Shown here: positions 1-12,000 of the stretch, piece after piece | Position numbering within the stretch: the stretch's first letter is position 1 | Layout: the number at the start of each line of letters is the position of its first letter | DNA from: Eledone cirrhosa | Taxonomy: Eukaryota | Reading direction: 5' to 3' | NCBI GenBank assembly: GCA_964016885.1 | Contig: CAXHJY010001588.1 | Location: 308-64,307 of the forward strand | Length of the DNA: 64,000 nt | The notes under the pieces: generated by a model | Databases searched by the model: none | Told to the model about the DNA's origin: nothing | Seen by the model: only the letters and a program-made list of their open reading frames with translations | Made by a program: the position numbers and the translations under genes

Positions 1-3000
1 GCTAAGCTAAGCTATCCTAAGCTAAGCTAAGCTAAGCTATCCTAAGCTAAGCTAAGCTAAGCTATCCTAAGCTAAGCTAAGCTATCCTAAGCTAAGCTAA
101 GCTAAGCTATCCTAAGCTAAGCTAAGCTAAGCTATCCTAAGCTAAGCTAAGCTAAGCTATCCTAAGCTATCCTAAGCTATCCTAAGCTAAGCTAAGCTAA
201 GCTATCCTAAGCTAAGCTAAGCTAAGCTATCCTAAGCTAAGCTAAGCTAAGCTATCCTAAGCTAAGCTAAGCTATCCTAAGCTAAGCTAAGCTAAGCTAT
301 CCTAAGCTAAGCTAAGCTAAGCTATCCTAAGCTATCCTAAGCTAAGCTATCCTAAGCTAAGCTAAGCTAAGCTATCCTAAGCTAAGCTAAGCTAAGCTAT
401 CCTAAGCTAAGCTAAGCTAAGCTATCCTAAACTAAGCTAAGCTAAGCTATCCTAAGCTAAGCTATCCTAAGCTATTCTAAGCTAAGCTAAGCTAAGCTAA
501 CCTAAGTTAAGCTATCCTAAGCTAAGCTATCCTAAGCTAAGCTATCCTAAGCTAAGCTAAGCTATCCTAAGCTAAGCTAAGCTAAGCTATCCTAAGCTAA
601 GCTAAGCTATCCTAAGCTAAGCTAAGCTAAGCTGTCCTAAGCTAAGCTAAGCTAAGCTATCCTAAGCTAAGCTAAGCTAAGCTATCCTAAGCTAAGCTAA
701 GCTATCCTAAGCTAAGCTAAGCTAAGCTATCCTAAGCTAAGCTAAGCTAAGCTATCCTAAGCTAAGCTAAGCTAAGCTATCCTAAGCCAAGCTAAGCTAT
801 CCTAAGCTAAGCTAAGCTAAGCTGTCCTAAGCTAAGCTATCCTAAGCTATCCTAAGCTATCCTAAGCTAAGCTATCCTAAGCTATCCTAAGCTAAGCTAT
901 CCTAAGCTATCCTAAGCTAAGCTAAGCTAAGCTATCCTAAGCTAAGCTAAGCTAAGCTAAGCTATCCTAAGCTAAGCTAAGCTAAGCTATCCTAAGCTAT
1001 CCTAAGCTAAGCTATCCTAAGCTAAGCTATCCTAAGCTATCCTAAGCTAAGCTATCCTAAGCTATCCTAAGCTAAGCTATCCTAAGCTAAGCTATCCTAA
1101 GCTATCCTAAGCTAAGCTATCCTAAGCTATCCTAAGCTAAGCTATCCTAAGCTAAGCTAAGCTAAGCTAAGCTAACCTAAGCTAAGATATCCTAAGCTAA
1201 GCTAAGCTAAGCTATCCTAAGCTAAGCTAAGCTAAGCTATCCTAAGCTATCCTAAGCTAAGCTATCCTAAGCTAAGCTATCCTAAGCTAAGCTATCCTAA
1301 GCTATCCTAAGCTAAGCTATCCTAAGCTAAGCTCTCCTAAGGTAAGCTATCCTAAGCTATCCTAAGCTAAGCTATCCTAAGCTATCCTAAGCTAAGCTAA
1401 GCTAAGCTATCCTAAGCTAAGCTAAGCTAAGCTAAGCTATCCTAAGCTAAGCTAAGCTAAGCTACCTAAGCTAAGCTAAGCTAAGCTATCCTAAGCTAAG
1501 CTATCCTAAGCTAAGCTAAGCTAAGCTATCCTAAGCTAAGCTAAGCTAAGCTATCCTAAGCTAAGCTAAGCTATCCTAAGCTAAGCTAAGCTAAGCTGTC
1601 CTAAGCTAAGCTAAGCTAAGCTATCCTAAGCTAAGCTAAGCTAAGCTATCCTAAGCTAAGCTAAGCTATCCTAAGCTAAGCTAAGCTAAGCTATCCTAAG
1701 CTAAGCTAAGCTAAGCTATCCTAAGCTAAGCTAAGCTAAGCTATCCTAAGCCAAGCTAAGCTATCCTAAGCTAAGCTAAGCTAAGCTGTCCTAAGCTAAG
1801 CTATCCTAAGCTATCCTAAGCTATCCTAAGCTAAGCTATCCTAAGCTATCCTAAGCTAAGCTATCCTAAGCTATCCTAAGCTAAGCTAAGCTAAGCTATC
1901 CTAAGCTAAGCTAAGCTAAGCTAAGCTAAGCTATCCTAAGCTAAGCTAAGCTAAGCTATCCTAAGCTATCCTAAGCTAAGCTATCCTAAGCTAAGCTATC
2001 CTAAGCTATCCTAAGCTAAGCTATCCTAAGCTATCCTAAGCTAAGCTATCCTAAGCTAAGCTATCCTAAGCTATCCTAAGCTAAGCTATCCTAAGCTATC
2101 CTAAGCTAAGCTATCCTAAGCTAAGCTAAGCTAAGCTAAGCTAACCTAAGCTAAGCTATCCTAAGCTAAGCTAAGCTAAGCTATCCTAAGCTAAGCTAAG
2201 CTAAGCTATCCTAAGCTATCCTAAGCTAAGCTATCCTAAGCTAAGCTATCCTAAGCTAAGCTATCCTAAGCTATCCTAAGCTAAGCTATCCTAAGCTAAG
2301 CTCTCCTAAGGTAAGCTATCCTAAGCTATCCTAAGCTAAGCTATCCTAAGCTATCCTAAGCTAAGCTAAGCTAAGCTATCCTAAGCTAAGCTAAGCTAAG
2401 CTAAGCTATCCTAAGCTAAGCTAAGCTAAGCTACCTAAGCTAAGCTAAGCTAAGCTATCCTAAGCTAAGCTAAGCTAAGCTATCCTAAGCTAAGCTAAGC
2501 TAAGCTCTCCTAAGCTAAGCTAAACTAAGCTATCCTAAGCTAAGCTAAGCTTTCCTAAGCTAAGCTAAGCTAAGCTATCCTAAGCTAAGCTAATCTATCC
2601 TAAGCTAAGCTAAGCTAAGCTATCCTAAGCTAAGCTAAGCTAAGCTATCCTAAGCTAAGCTAAGCTAAGCTATCCTAAGCTAAGCTAAGCTAAGCTATCC
2701 TAAGCTAAGCTAAGCTATCCTAAGCTAAGCTAAGCTAAGCTATCCTAAGCTAAGCTAAGCTATCCTAAGCTAAGCTAAGCTAAGCTATCCTAAGCTATCC
2801 TAAGCTATCCTAAGCTAAGCTAAGCTAAGCTATCCTAAGCTAAGCTAAGCTAAGCTATCCTAAGCTAAGCTAAGCTAAGCTATCCTAAGCTAAGCTAAGC
2901 TATCCTAAGCTAAGCTAAGCTAAGCTATCCTAAGCTAAGCTAAGCTATCCTAAGCTAAGCTAAGCTAAGCTATCCTAAACTAAGCTAAGCTAAGCTATCC

Positions 3001-6000
3001 TAAGCTAAGCTAAGCTAAGCTATCCTAAGCTAAGCTAAGCTAAGCTATCCTAAGCTAAGCTATCCTAAGCTATCCTAAGCTAAGCTAAGCTAAGCTAACC
3101 TAAGCTAAGCTATCCTAAGCTAAGCTATCCTAAGCTAAGCTATCCTAAGCTAAGCTAAGCTAAGCTATCCTAAGCTAAGCTAAGCTAAGCTATCCTAAGC
3201 TAAGCTAAGCTAAGCTATCCTAAGCTAAGCTAAGCTATCCTAAGCTAAGCTAAGCTAAGCTATCCTAAGCTAAGCTAAGCTAAGCTATCCTAAGCTAAGC
3301 TAAGCTAAGCTAACCTAAGCTAAGCTATCCTAAGCTAAGCTATCCTAAGCTAAGCTATCCTAAGCTAAGCTAAGCTAAGCTATCCTAAGCTAAGCTAAGC
3401 TAAGCTATCCTAAGCTAAGCTAAGCTAAGCTATCCTAAGCTAAGCTAAGCTATCCTAAGCTAAGCTAAGCTAAGCTATCCTAAGCTAAGCTAAGCTGAGC
3501 TATCCTAAGCTATCCTAAGCTAAGCTATCCTAAGCTAAGCTATCCTAAGCTATCCTAAGCTAAGCTATCCTAAGCTAAGCTAAGCTAAGCTATCCTAAGC
3601 TAAGCTATCCTAAGCTAAGCTATCCTAAGCTATCCTAAGCTAAGCTATCCTAAGCTATCCTAAGCTAAGCTAAGCTAAGCTAAGCTAAGCTAAGCTATCC
3701 TAAGCTAAGCTAAGCTAAGCTATCCTAAGCTAAGCTAAGCTAAGCTATCCTAAGCTATCCTAAGCTAAGCTATCCTAAGCTAAGCTATCCTAAGCTATCC
3801 TAAGCTAAGCTATCCTAAGCTATCCTAAGCTAAGCTATCCTAAGCTAAGCTATCCTAAGCTAAGCTATCCTAAGCTATCCTAAGCTAAGCTATCCTAAGC
3901 TATCCTAAGCTAAGCTAAGCTAAGCTATCCTAAGCTAAGCTAAGCTAAGCTATCCTAAGCTAAGCTAAGCTAAGCTTTCCTAAGCTATCCTAAGCTAAGC
4001 TATCCTAAGCTAAGCTATCCTAAGCTATCCTAAGCTAAGCTATCCTAAGCTATCCTAAGCTAAGCTATCCTAAGCTATCCTAAGCTAAGCTATCCTAACC
4101 TAAGCTATCCTAAGCTATCCTAAGCTAAGCTATCCTAAGCTATCCTAAGCTAAGCTATCCTAAGCTATCCTAAGCTAAGCTAAGCTAAGCTATCCTAAGC
4201 TAAGCTAAGCTTTCCTAAGCTAAGCTAAGCTAAGCTATCCTAAGCTAAGCTAATCTATCCTAAGCTAAGCTAAGCTAAGCTATCCTAAGCTAAGCTAAGC
4301 TAAGCTATCCTAAGCTAAGCTAAGCTAAGCTATCCTAAGCTAAGCTAAGCTATCCTAAGCTAAGCTAAGCTAAGCTATCCTAAGCTAAGCTAAGCTAAGC
4401 TATCCTAAGCTAAGCTAAGCTAAGCTATCCTAAGCTAAGCTAAGCTATCCTAAGCTAAGCTAAGCTATCCTAAGCTAAGCTAAGCTAAGCTATCCTAAGC
4501 TAAGCTAAGCTAAGCTATCCTAAGCTAAGCTAAGCTAAGCTATCCTAAGCTATCCTAAGCTATCCTAAGCTAAGCTAAGCTAAGCTATCCTAAGCTAAGC
4601 TAAGCTAAGCTATCCTAAGCTAAGCTAAGCTAAGCTATCCTAAGCTAAGCTAAGCTATCCTAAGCTAAGCTAAGCTAAGCTATCCTAAGCTAAGCTAAGC
4701 TAAGCTATCCTAAGCTATCCTAAGCTAAGCTATCCTAAGCTAAGCTAAGCTAAGCTATCCTAAGCTAAGCTAAGCTAAGCTATCCTAAGCTAAGCTAAGC
4801 TAAGCTATCCTAAGCTAAGCTAAGCTAAGCTATCCTAAGCTAAGCTATCCTAAGCTATCCTAAGCTAAGCTAAGCTAAGCTAACCCAAGCTAAGCTATCC
4901 TAAGCTAAGCTATCCTAAGCTAAGCTATCCTAAGCTAAGCTAAGCTAAGCTATCCTAAGCTAAGCTAAGCTATCCTAAGCTAAGCTAAGCTAAGCTGTCC
5001 TAAGCTAAGCTAAGCTAAGCTATCCTAAGCTAAGCTAAGCTAAGCTATCCTAAGCTAAGCTAAGCTATCCTAAGCTAAGCTAAGCTAAGCTATCCTAAGC
5101 TAAGCTAAGCTAAGCTATCCTAAGCTAAGCTAAGCTAAGCTATCCTAAGCTATCCTAAGCTATCCTAAGCTAAGCTATCCTAAGCTAAGCTATCCTAAGC
5201 TATCCTAAGCTAAGCTAAGCTAAGCAATCCTAAGCTAAGCTAAGCTAAGCTATCCTAAGCTAAGCTAAGCTAAGCTATCCTAAGCTAAGCTAAGCTAAGC
5301 TATCCTAAGCTATCCTAAGCTAAGCTATCCTAAGCTAAGCTATCCTAAGCTATCCTAAGCTAAGCTATCCTAAGCTATCCTAAGCTAAGCTATCCTAAGC
5401 TAAGCTATCCTAAGCTATCCTAAGCTATCCTAAGCTAAGCTATCCTAAGCTAAGCTAAGCTAAGCTAAGCTAACCTAAGCTAAGCTATCCTAAGCTAAGC
5501 TAAGCTAAGCTATCCTAAGCTAAGCTAAGCTAAGCTATCCTAAGCTATCCTAAGCTAAGCTATCCTAAGCTAAGCTATCCTAAGCTAAGCTATCCTAAGC
5601 TATCCTAAGCTAAGCTATCCTAAGCTAAGCTCTCCTAAGGTAAGCTATCCTAAGCTATCCTAAGCTAAGCTATCCTAAGCTATCCTAAGCTAAGCTAAGC
5701 TAAGCTCTCCTAAGCTAAGCTAAGCTAAGCTATCCTAAGCTAAGCTAAGCTAAGCTAAGCTATCCTAAGCTAAGCTAAGCTAAGCTACCTAAGCTAAGCT
5801 AAGCTATCCTAAGCTAAGCTAAGCTAAGCTATCCTAAGCTAAGCTAAGCTAAGCTCTCCTAAGCTAAGCTAAGCTAAGCTATCCTAAGCTAAGCTAAGCT
5901 TTCCTAAGCTAAGCTAAGCTAAGCTATCCTAAGCTAAGCTAATCTATCCTAAGCTAAGCTAAGCTAAGCTATCCTAAGCTAAGCTAAGCTAAGCTATCCT

Positions 6001-9000
6001 AAGCTAAGCTAAGCTAAGCTATCCTAAGCTAAGCTAAGCTAAGCTATCCTAAGCTAAGCTAAGCTAAGCTATCCTAAGCTAAGCTAAGCTATCCTAAGCT
6101 AAGCTAAGCTAAGCTATCCTAAGCTAAGCTAAGCTATCCTAAGCTAAGCTAAGCTAAGCTATCCTAAGCTATCCTAAGCTATCCTAAGCTAAGCTAAGCT
6201 AAGCTATCCTAAGCTAAGCTAAGCTAAGCTATCCTAAGCTAAGCTAAGCTAAGCTATCCTAAGCTAAGCTAAGCTATCCTAAGCTAAGCTAAGCTAAGCT
6301 ATCCTAAGCTAAGCTAAGCTAAGCAATCCTAAGCTATCCTAAGCTAAGCTATCCTAAGCTAAGCTAAGCTAAGCTATCCTAAGCTAAGCTAAGCTAAGCT
6401 ATCCTAAGCTAAGCTAAGCTAAGTTATCCTAAGCTAAGCTATCCTAAGCTATCCTAAGCTAAGCTAAGCTAAGCTAACCTAAGCTAAGCTATCCTAAGCT
6501 AAGCTATCCTAAGCTAAGCTATCCTAAGCTAAGCTAAGCTAAGCTATCCTAAGCTAAGCTAAGCTAAGCTATCCTAAGCTAAGCTAAGCTATCCTAAGCT
6601 AAGCTAAGCTAAGCTATCCTAAGCTAAGCTAAGCTAAGCTATCCTAAGCTAAGCTAAGCTATCCTAAGCTAAGCTAAGCTAAGCTATCCTAAGCTAAGCT
6701 AAGCTAATCTATCCTAAGCTATCCTAAGCTAAGCTATCCTAACCTAAGATATCCTAAGCTATCCTAAGCTAAGCTATCCTAAGCTAAGCTAAGCTAAGCT
6801 ATCCTAAGCTAAGCTATCCTAAGCTAAGCTATCCTAAGCTATCCTAAGCTAAGCTATCCTAAGCTATCCTAAGCTAAGCTATCCTAAGCTATCCTAAGCT
6901 AAGCTATCCTAAGCTATCCTAAGCTAAGCTAAGCTATCCTAAGCTAAGCTAAGCTAAGCTATCCTAAGCTAAGCTAAGCTATCCTAAGCTAAGCTAAGCT
7001 AAGCTATCCTAAGCTATCCTAAGCTAAGCTATCCTAAGCTAAGCTATCCTAAGCTATCCTAAGCTAAGCTATCCTAAGCTATCCTAAGCTAAGCTATCCT
7101 AAGCTAAGCTATCCTAAGCTAAGCTATCCTAAGCTATCCTAAGCTAAGCTATCCTAAGCTATCCTAAGCTAAGCTAAGCTAAGCTATCCTAAGCTAAGCT
7201 AAGCTAAGCTATCCTAAGTTAAGCTAAGCTAAGCTTTCCTAAGCTATCCTAAGCTAAGCTATCCTAAGCTAAGCTATCCTAAGCTATCCTAAGCTAAGCT
7301 ATCCTAAGCTATCCTAAGCTAAGCTATCCTAAGCTATCCTAAGCTAAACTATCCTAACCTAAGCTATCCTAAGCTATCCTAAGCTAAGCTATCCTAAGCT
7401 ATCCTAAGCTAAGCTATCCTAAGCTATCCTAAGCTAAGCTATCCTAAGCTATCCTAAGCTAAGCTAAGCTAAGCTATCCTAAACTAAGCTAAGCTATCCT
7501 AAGCTAAGCTAAGCTAAGCTATCCTAAGCTATCCTAAGCTAAGCTATCCTAAGCTAAGCTAAGCTAAGCTATCCTAAGCCAAGCTAAGCTAAGCTATCCT
7601 AAGCCAAGCTAAGCTAAGCTATCCTAAGCTAAGCTAAGCTATCCTAAGCTAAGCTAAGCTAAGCTATCCTAAGCTAAGCTATGCTAAGCTATCCTAAGCT
7701 AAGCTAAGCTAAGCTATCCTAAGCTAAGCTAAGCTAAGCTATCCTAAGCTAAGCTAAGCTAAGCTATCCTAAGCTAAGCTAAGCTAAGCTATCCTAAGCT
7801 AAGCTAAGCTAAGCTATCCTAAGCTAAGCTATGCTAAGCTATCCTAAGCTAAGCTAAGCTAAGCTATCCTAAGCTAAGCTATCCTAAGCTAAGCTAAGCT
7901 AAGCTATCCTAAGCTAAGCTAAGCTAAGCTATCCTAAGCTAAGCTATCCTAAGCTAAGCTAAGCTAAGCTATCCTAAGCTAAGCCAAGCTAAGCTATCCT
8001 AAGCTAAGCTAAGCTAAGCTATCCTAAACTAAGCTAAGCTAAGCTATCCTAAGCTAAGCTAAGCTAAGCTATCCTAAGCTAAGCTAAGCTATCCTAAGCT
8101 AAGCTAAGCTAAGCTATCCTAAGCTAAGCTAAGCTAAGCTTTCCTAAGCTATCCTAAGCTAAGCTATCCTAAGCTAAGCTAAGCTAAGCTATCCTAAGCT
8201 AAGCTAAGCTATCCTAAGCTAAGCTAAGCTAAGCTATCCTAAGCTAAGCTATCCTAAGCTATCCTAAGCTAAGCTATCCTAAGCTATCCTAAGCTAAGCT
8301 ATCCTAAGCTAAGCTATCCTAAGCTAAGCTATCCTAAGCTAAGCTATTCTAAGCTAAGCTAAGCTAAGCTATCCTAAGCTAAGCTAAGCTAAGCTATCCT
8401 AAGCTAAGCTAAGCTAAGCTATCCTAAGCTAAGCTAAGCTAAGCAATCCTAAGCTAAGCTAAGCTAAGCTATCCTAAGCTAAGCTAAGCTAAGCTATCCT
8501 AAGCTAAGCTAAGCTATCCTAAGCTAAGCTAAGCTAAGCTATCCTAAGCTAAGCTAAGCTAAGCTATCCTAAGCTATCCTAAGCTAAGCTATCCTAAGCT
8601 AAGCTATCCTAAGCTATCCCAAGCTAAGCTATCCTAAGCTAAGCTAAGCTAAGCTATCCTAAGCTAAGCTATCCTAAGCTAAGCTATCCTAAGCTATCCT
8701 AAGCTAAGCTATCCTAATCTATCCTAAGCTAAGCTATCCTAAGCTATCCTAAGCTAAGCTATCCTAAGCTATCCTAAGCTAAGCTAAGCTAAGCTATCCT
8801 AAGCTATCCTAAGCTAAGCTATCCTAAGCTAAACTATCCTAAGCTATCCTAAGCTAAGCTATCCTAAGCTATCCTAAGCTAAGCTATCCTAAGCTATCCT
8901 AAGCTAAGCTAAGCTAAGCTATCCTAAGCTAAGCTAAGCTAAGCTATCCTAAGCTAAGCTAAGCTAAGCTATCCTAAGCTAAGTTAAGCTAAGCTATCCT

Positions 9001-12000
9001 AAGCTATCCTAAGCTAAGCTATCCTAAGCTAAGCTATCCTAAGCTATCCTAAGCTAAGCTATCCTAAGCTATCCTAAGCTAAGCTATCCTAAGCTAAGCT
9101 ATCCTAAGCTAAGCTATCCTAAGCTATCCTAAGCTAAGCTATCCTAAGCTATCCTAAGCTAAGCTATCCTAAGCTATCCTAAGCTAAGCTAAGCTAAGCT
9201 ATCCTAAGCTAAGCTAAGCTAAGCTATCCTAAGCTAAGCTAAGCTAAGCTATCCTAAGCTAAGCTAAGCTAAGCTATCCTAAGCTATCCTAAGCTAAGCT
9301 ATCCTAAGCTAAGCTATCCTAAGCTAAGCTATCCTAAGCTATCCTAAGCTAAGCTATCCTAAGCTAAGCTCTCCTAAGGTAAGCTATCCTAAGCTATCCT
9401 AAGCTAAGCTATCCTAAGCTATCCTAAGCTAAGCTAAGCTAAGCTATCCTAAGCTAAGCTAAGCTAAGCTATCCTAAGCTAAGCTAAGCTAAGCTATCCT
9501 AAGTTAAGCTAAGCTAAGCTATCCTAAGCTAAGTTAAGCTAAGCTATCCTAAGCTAAGCTAAGCTAAGCTATCCTAAGCTAAGCTAAGCTAAGCTCTCCT
9601 AAGCTAAGCTATCCTAAGCTATCCTAAGCTAAGCTAAGCTATCCTAAGCTAAGCTAAGCTAAGCTATCCTAAGCTAAGCTAAGCTATCCTAAGCTAAGCT
9701 AAGCGATCCTAAGCTAAGCTAAGCTAAGCTATCCTAAGCTAAGCTAAGCTAAGCTATCCTAAGCTAAGCTAAGCTAAGCTATCCTAAGCTAAGCTAAGCT
9801 AAGCTATCCTAAGCTAAGCTAAGCTAAGCTATCCTAAGCTAAGCTAAGCTAAGCTATCCTAAGCAAAGCTAAGCTAAGCTATCCTAAGCTAAGCTATCCT
9901 AAGCTAAGCTATCCTAAGCTATCCTAAGCTAAGCTATCCTAAGCTAAGCTAAGCTAAGCTAACCTAAGCTAAGCTATCCTAAGCTAAGCTAAGCTAAGCT
10001 ATCCTAAGCTAAGCTAAGCTAAGCTATCCTAAGCTATCCTAAGCTAAGCTATCCTAAGCTAAGCTATCCTAAGCTAAGCTATCCTAAGCTATCCTAAGCT
10101 AAGCTATCCTAAGCTAAGCTCTCCTAAGGTAAGCTATCCTAAGCTATCCTAAGCTAAGCTATCCTAAGCTATCCTAAGCTAAGCTAAGCTAAGCTATCCT
10201 AAGCTAAGCTAAGCTAAGCTATCCTAAGCTAAGCTAAGCTAAGCTAAGCTATCCTAAGCTAAGCTAAGCTAAGCTACCTAAGCTAAGCTAAGCTATCCTA
10301 AGCTAAGCTAAGCTAAGCTATCCTAAGCTAAGCTAAGCTCTCCTAAGCTAAGCTAAGCTAAGCTATCCTAAGCTAAGCTAAGCTTTCCTAAGCTAAGCTA
10401 AGCTAAGCTATCCTAAGCTAAGCTAATCTATCCTAAGCTAAGCTAAGCTAAGCTATCCTAAGCTAAGCTAAGCTAAGCTATCCTAAGCTAAGCTAAGCTA
10501 AGCTATCCTAAGCAAAGCTAAGCTATCCTAAGCTAAGCTAAGCTATCCTAAGCTAAGCTAAGCTAAGCTATCCTAAGCTAAGCTATCCTAAGCTAAGCTA
10601 AGCTAAGCTATCCTAAGCTAAGCTAAGCTAAGCTATCCTAAGCTAAGCTAAGCTAAGCTATCCTAAGCTAAGCTAAGCTAAGCTATCCTAAGCAAAGCTA
10701 AGCTAAGCTATCCTAAGCTAAGCTATCCTAAGCTAAGCTAAGCTAAGCTATCCTAAGCTAAGCTAAGCTAAGCTATCCTAAGCAAAGCTAAGCTATCCTA
10801 AGCTAAGCTAAGCTAAGCTATCCTAAGCTAAGCTAAGCTATCCTAAGCTAAGCTAAGCTAAGCTATCCTAAGCTAAGCTAAGCTATCCTAAGCTAAGCAA
10901 AGCTAAGCTATCCTAAGCTAAGCTAAGCTAAGCTATCCTAAGCTAAGCTAAGCTAAGCTATCCTAAGCCATCCTAAGCTATCCTAAGCTAACCTAAGCTA
11001 AGCTATCCTAAGCTAAGCTAAGCTGAGCTATCCTAAGCTAAGCTAAGCTATCCTAAGCTAAGCTAAGCTAAGCTATCCTAAGCTAAGCTAAGCTAAGCTA
11101 TCCTAAGCTAAGCTAAGCTAAGCTATCCTAAGCTAAGCTAAGCTATCCTAAGCTAAGCTAAGCTAAGCTATCCTAAGCTAAGCTAAGCTAAGCTATCCTA
11201 AGCTATCCTAAGCTAAGCTATCCTAAGCTAAGCTATCCTAAGCTATCCTAAGCTAAGCTATCCTAAGCTAAGCTAAGCTAAGCTATCCTAAGCTAAGCTA
11301 TCCTAAGCTAAGCTATCCTAAGCTATCCTAAGCTAAGCTATCCTAAGCTATCCTAAGCTAAGCTATCCTAAGCTATCCTAAGCTAAGCTATCCTAAGCTA
11401 TCCTAAGCTAAGCTAAGCTAAGCTATCCTAAGCTAAGCTAAGCTAAGCTAAGCTATCCTAAGCTAAGCTAAGCTAAGCTATCCTAAGCTAAGCTAAGCTA
11501 AGCTATCCTAAGCTATCCTAAGCTAAGCTATCCTAAGCTAAGCTATCCTAAGCTATCCTAAGCTAAGCTCTCCTAAGCTAAGCTATCCAAAGCTAAGCTA
11601 TCCTAAGCTATCCTAAGCTAAGCTATCCTAAGCTATCCTAAGCTAAGCTAAGCTAAGCTATCCTAAGCTAAGCTAAGCTAAGCTATCCTAAGCTAAGCTA
11701 AGCTAAGCTTTCCTAAGCTATCCTAAGCTAAGCTATTCTAAGCTAAGCTATCCTAAGCTATCCTAAGCTAAGCTATCCTAAGCTATCCTAAGCTAAGCTA
11801 TCCTAAGCTAATCTATCCTAAGCTAAGCTATCCTAAGCTAACCTAAGCTAAGCTATCCTAAGCTATCCTAAGCTAAGCTATCCTAAGCTATCCTAGGCTA
11901 AGCTAAGCTAAGCTATCCTAAGCTAAGCTAAGCTAAGCTATCCTAAGCTAAGCTAAGCTAAGCTATCCTAAGCTAAGCTAAGCTAAGCTATCCTAAGCTA

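Noticed and set aside
1172-1176. CTAAC variants as splice branch points
   Set aside because: CTAAC is a one-base intermediate between CTAAG and CTATC, with no polypyrimidine tract or exon context.
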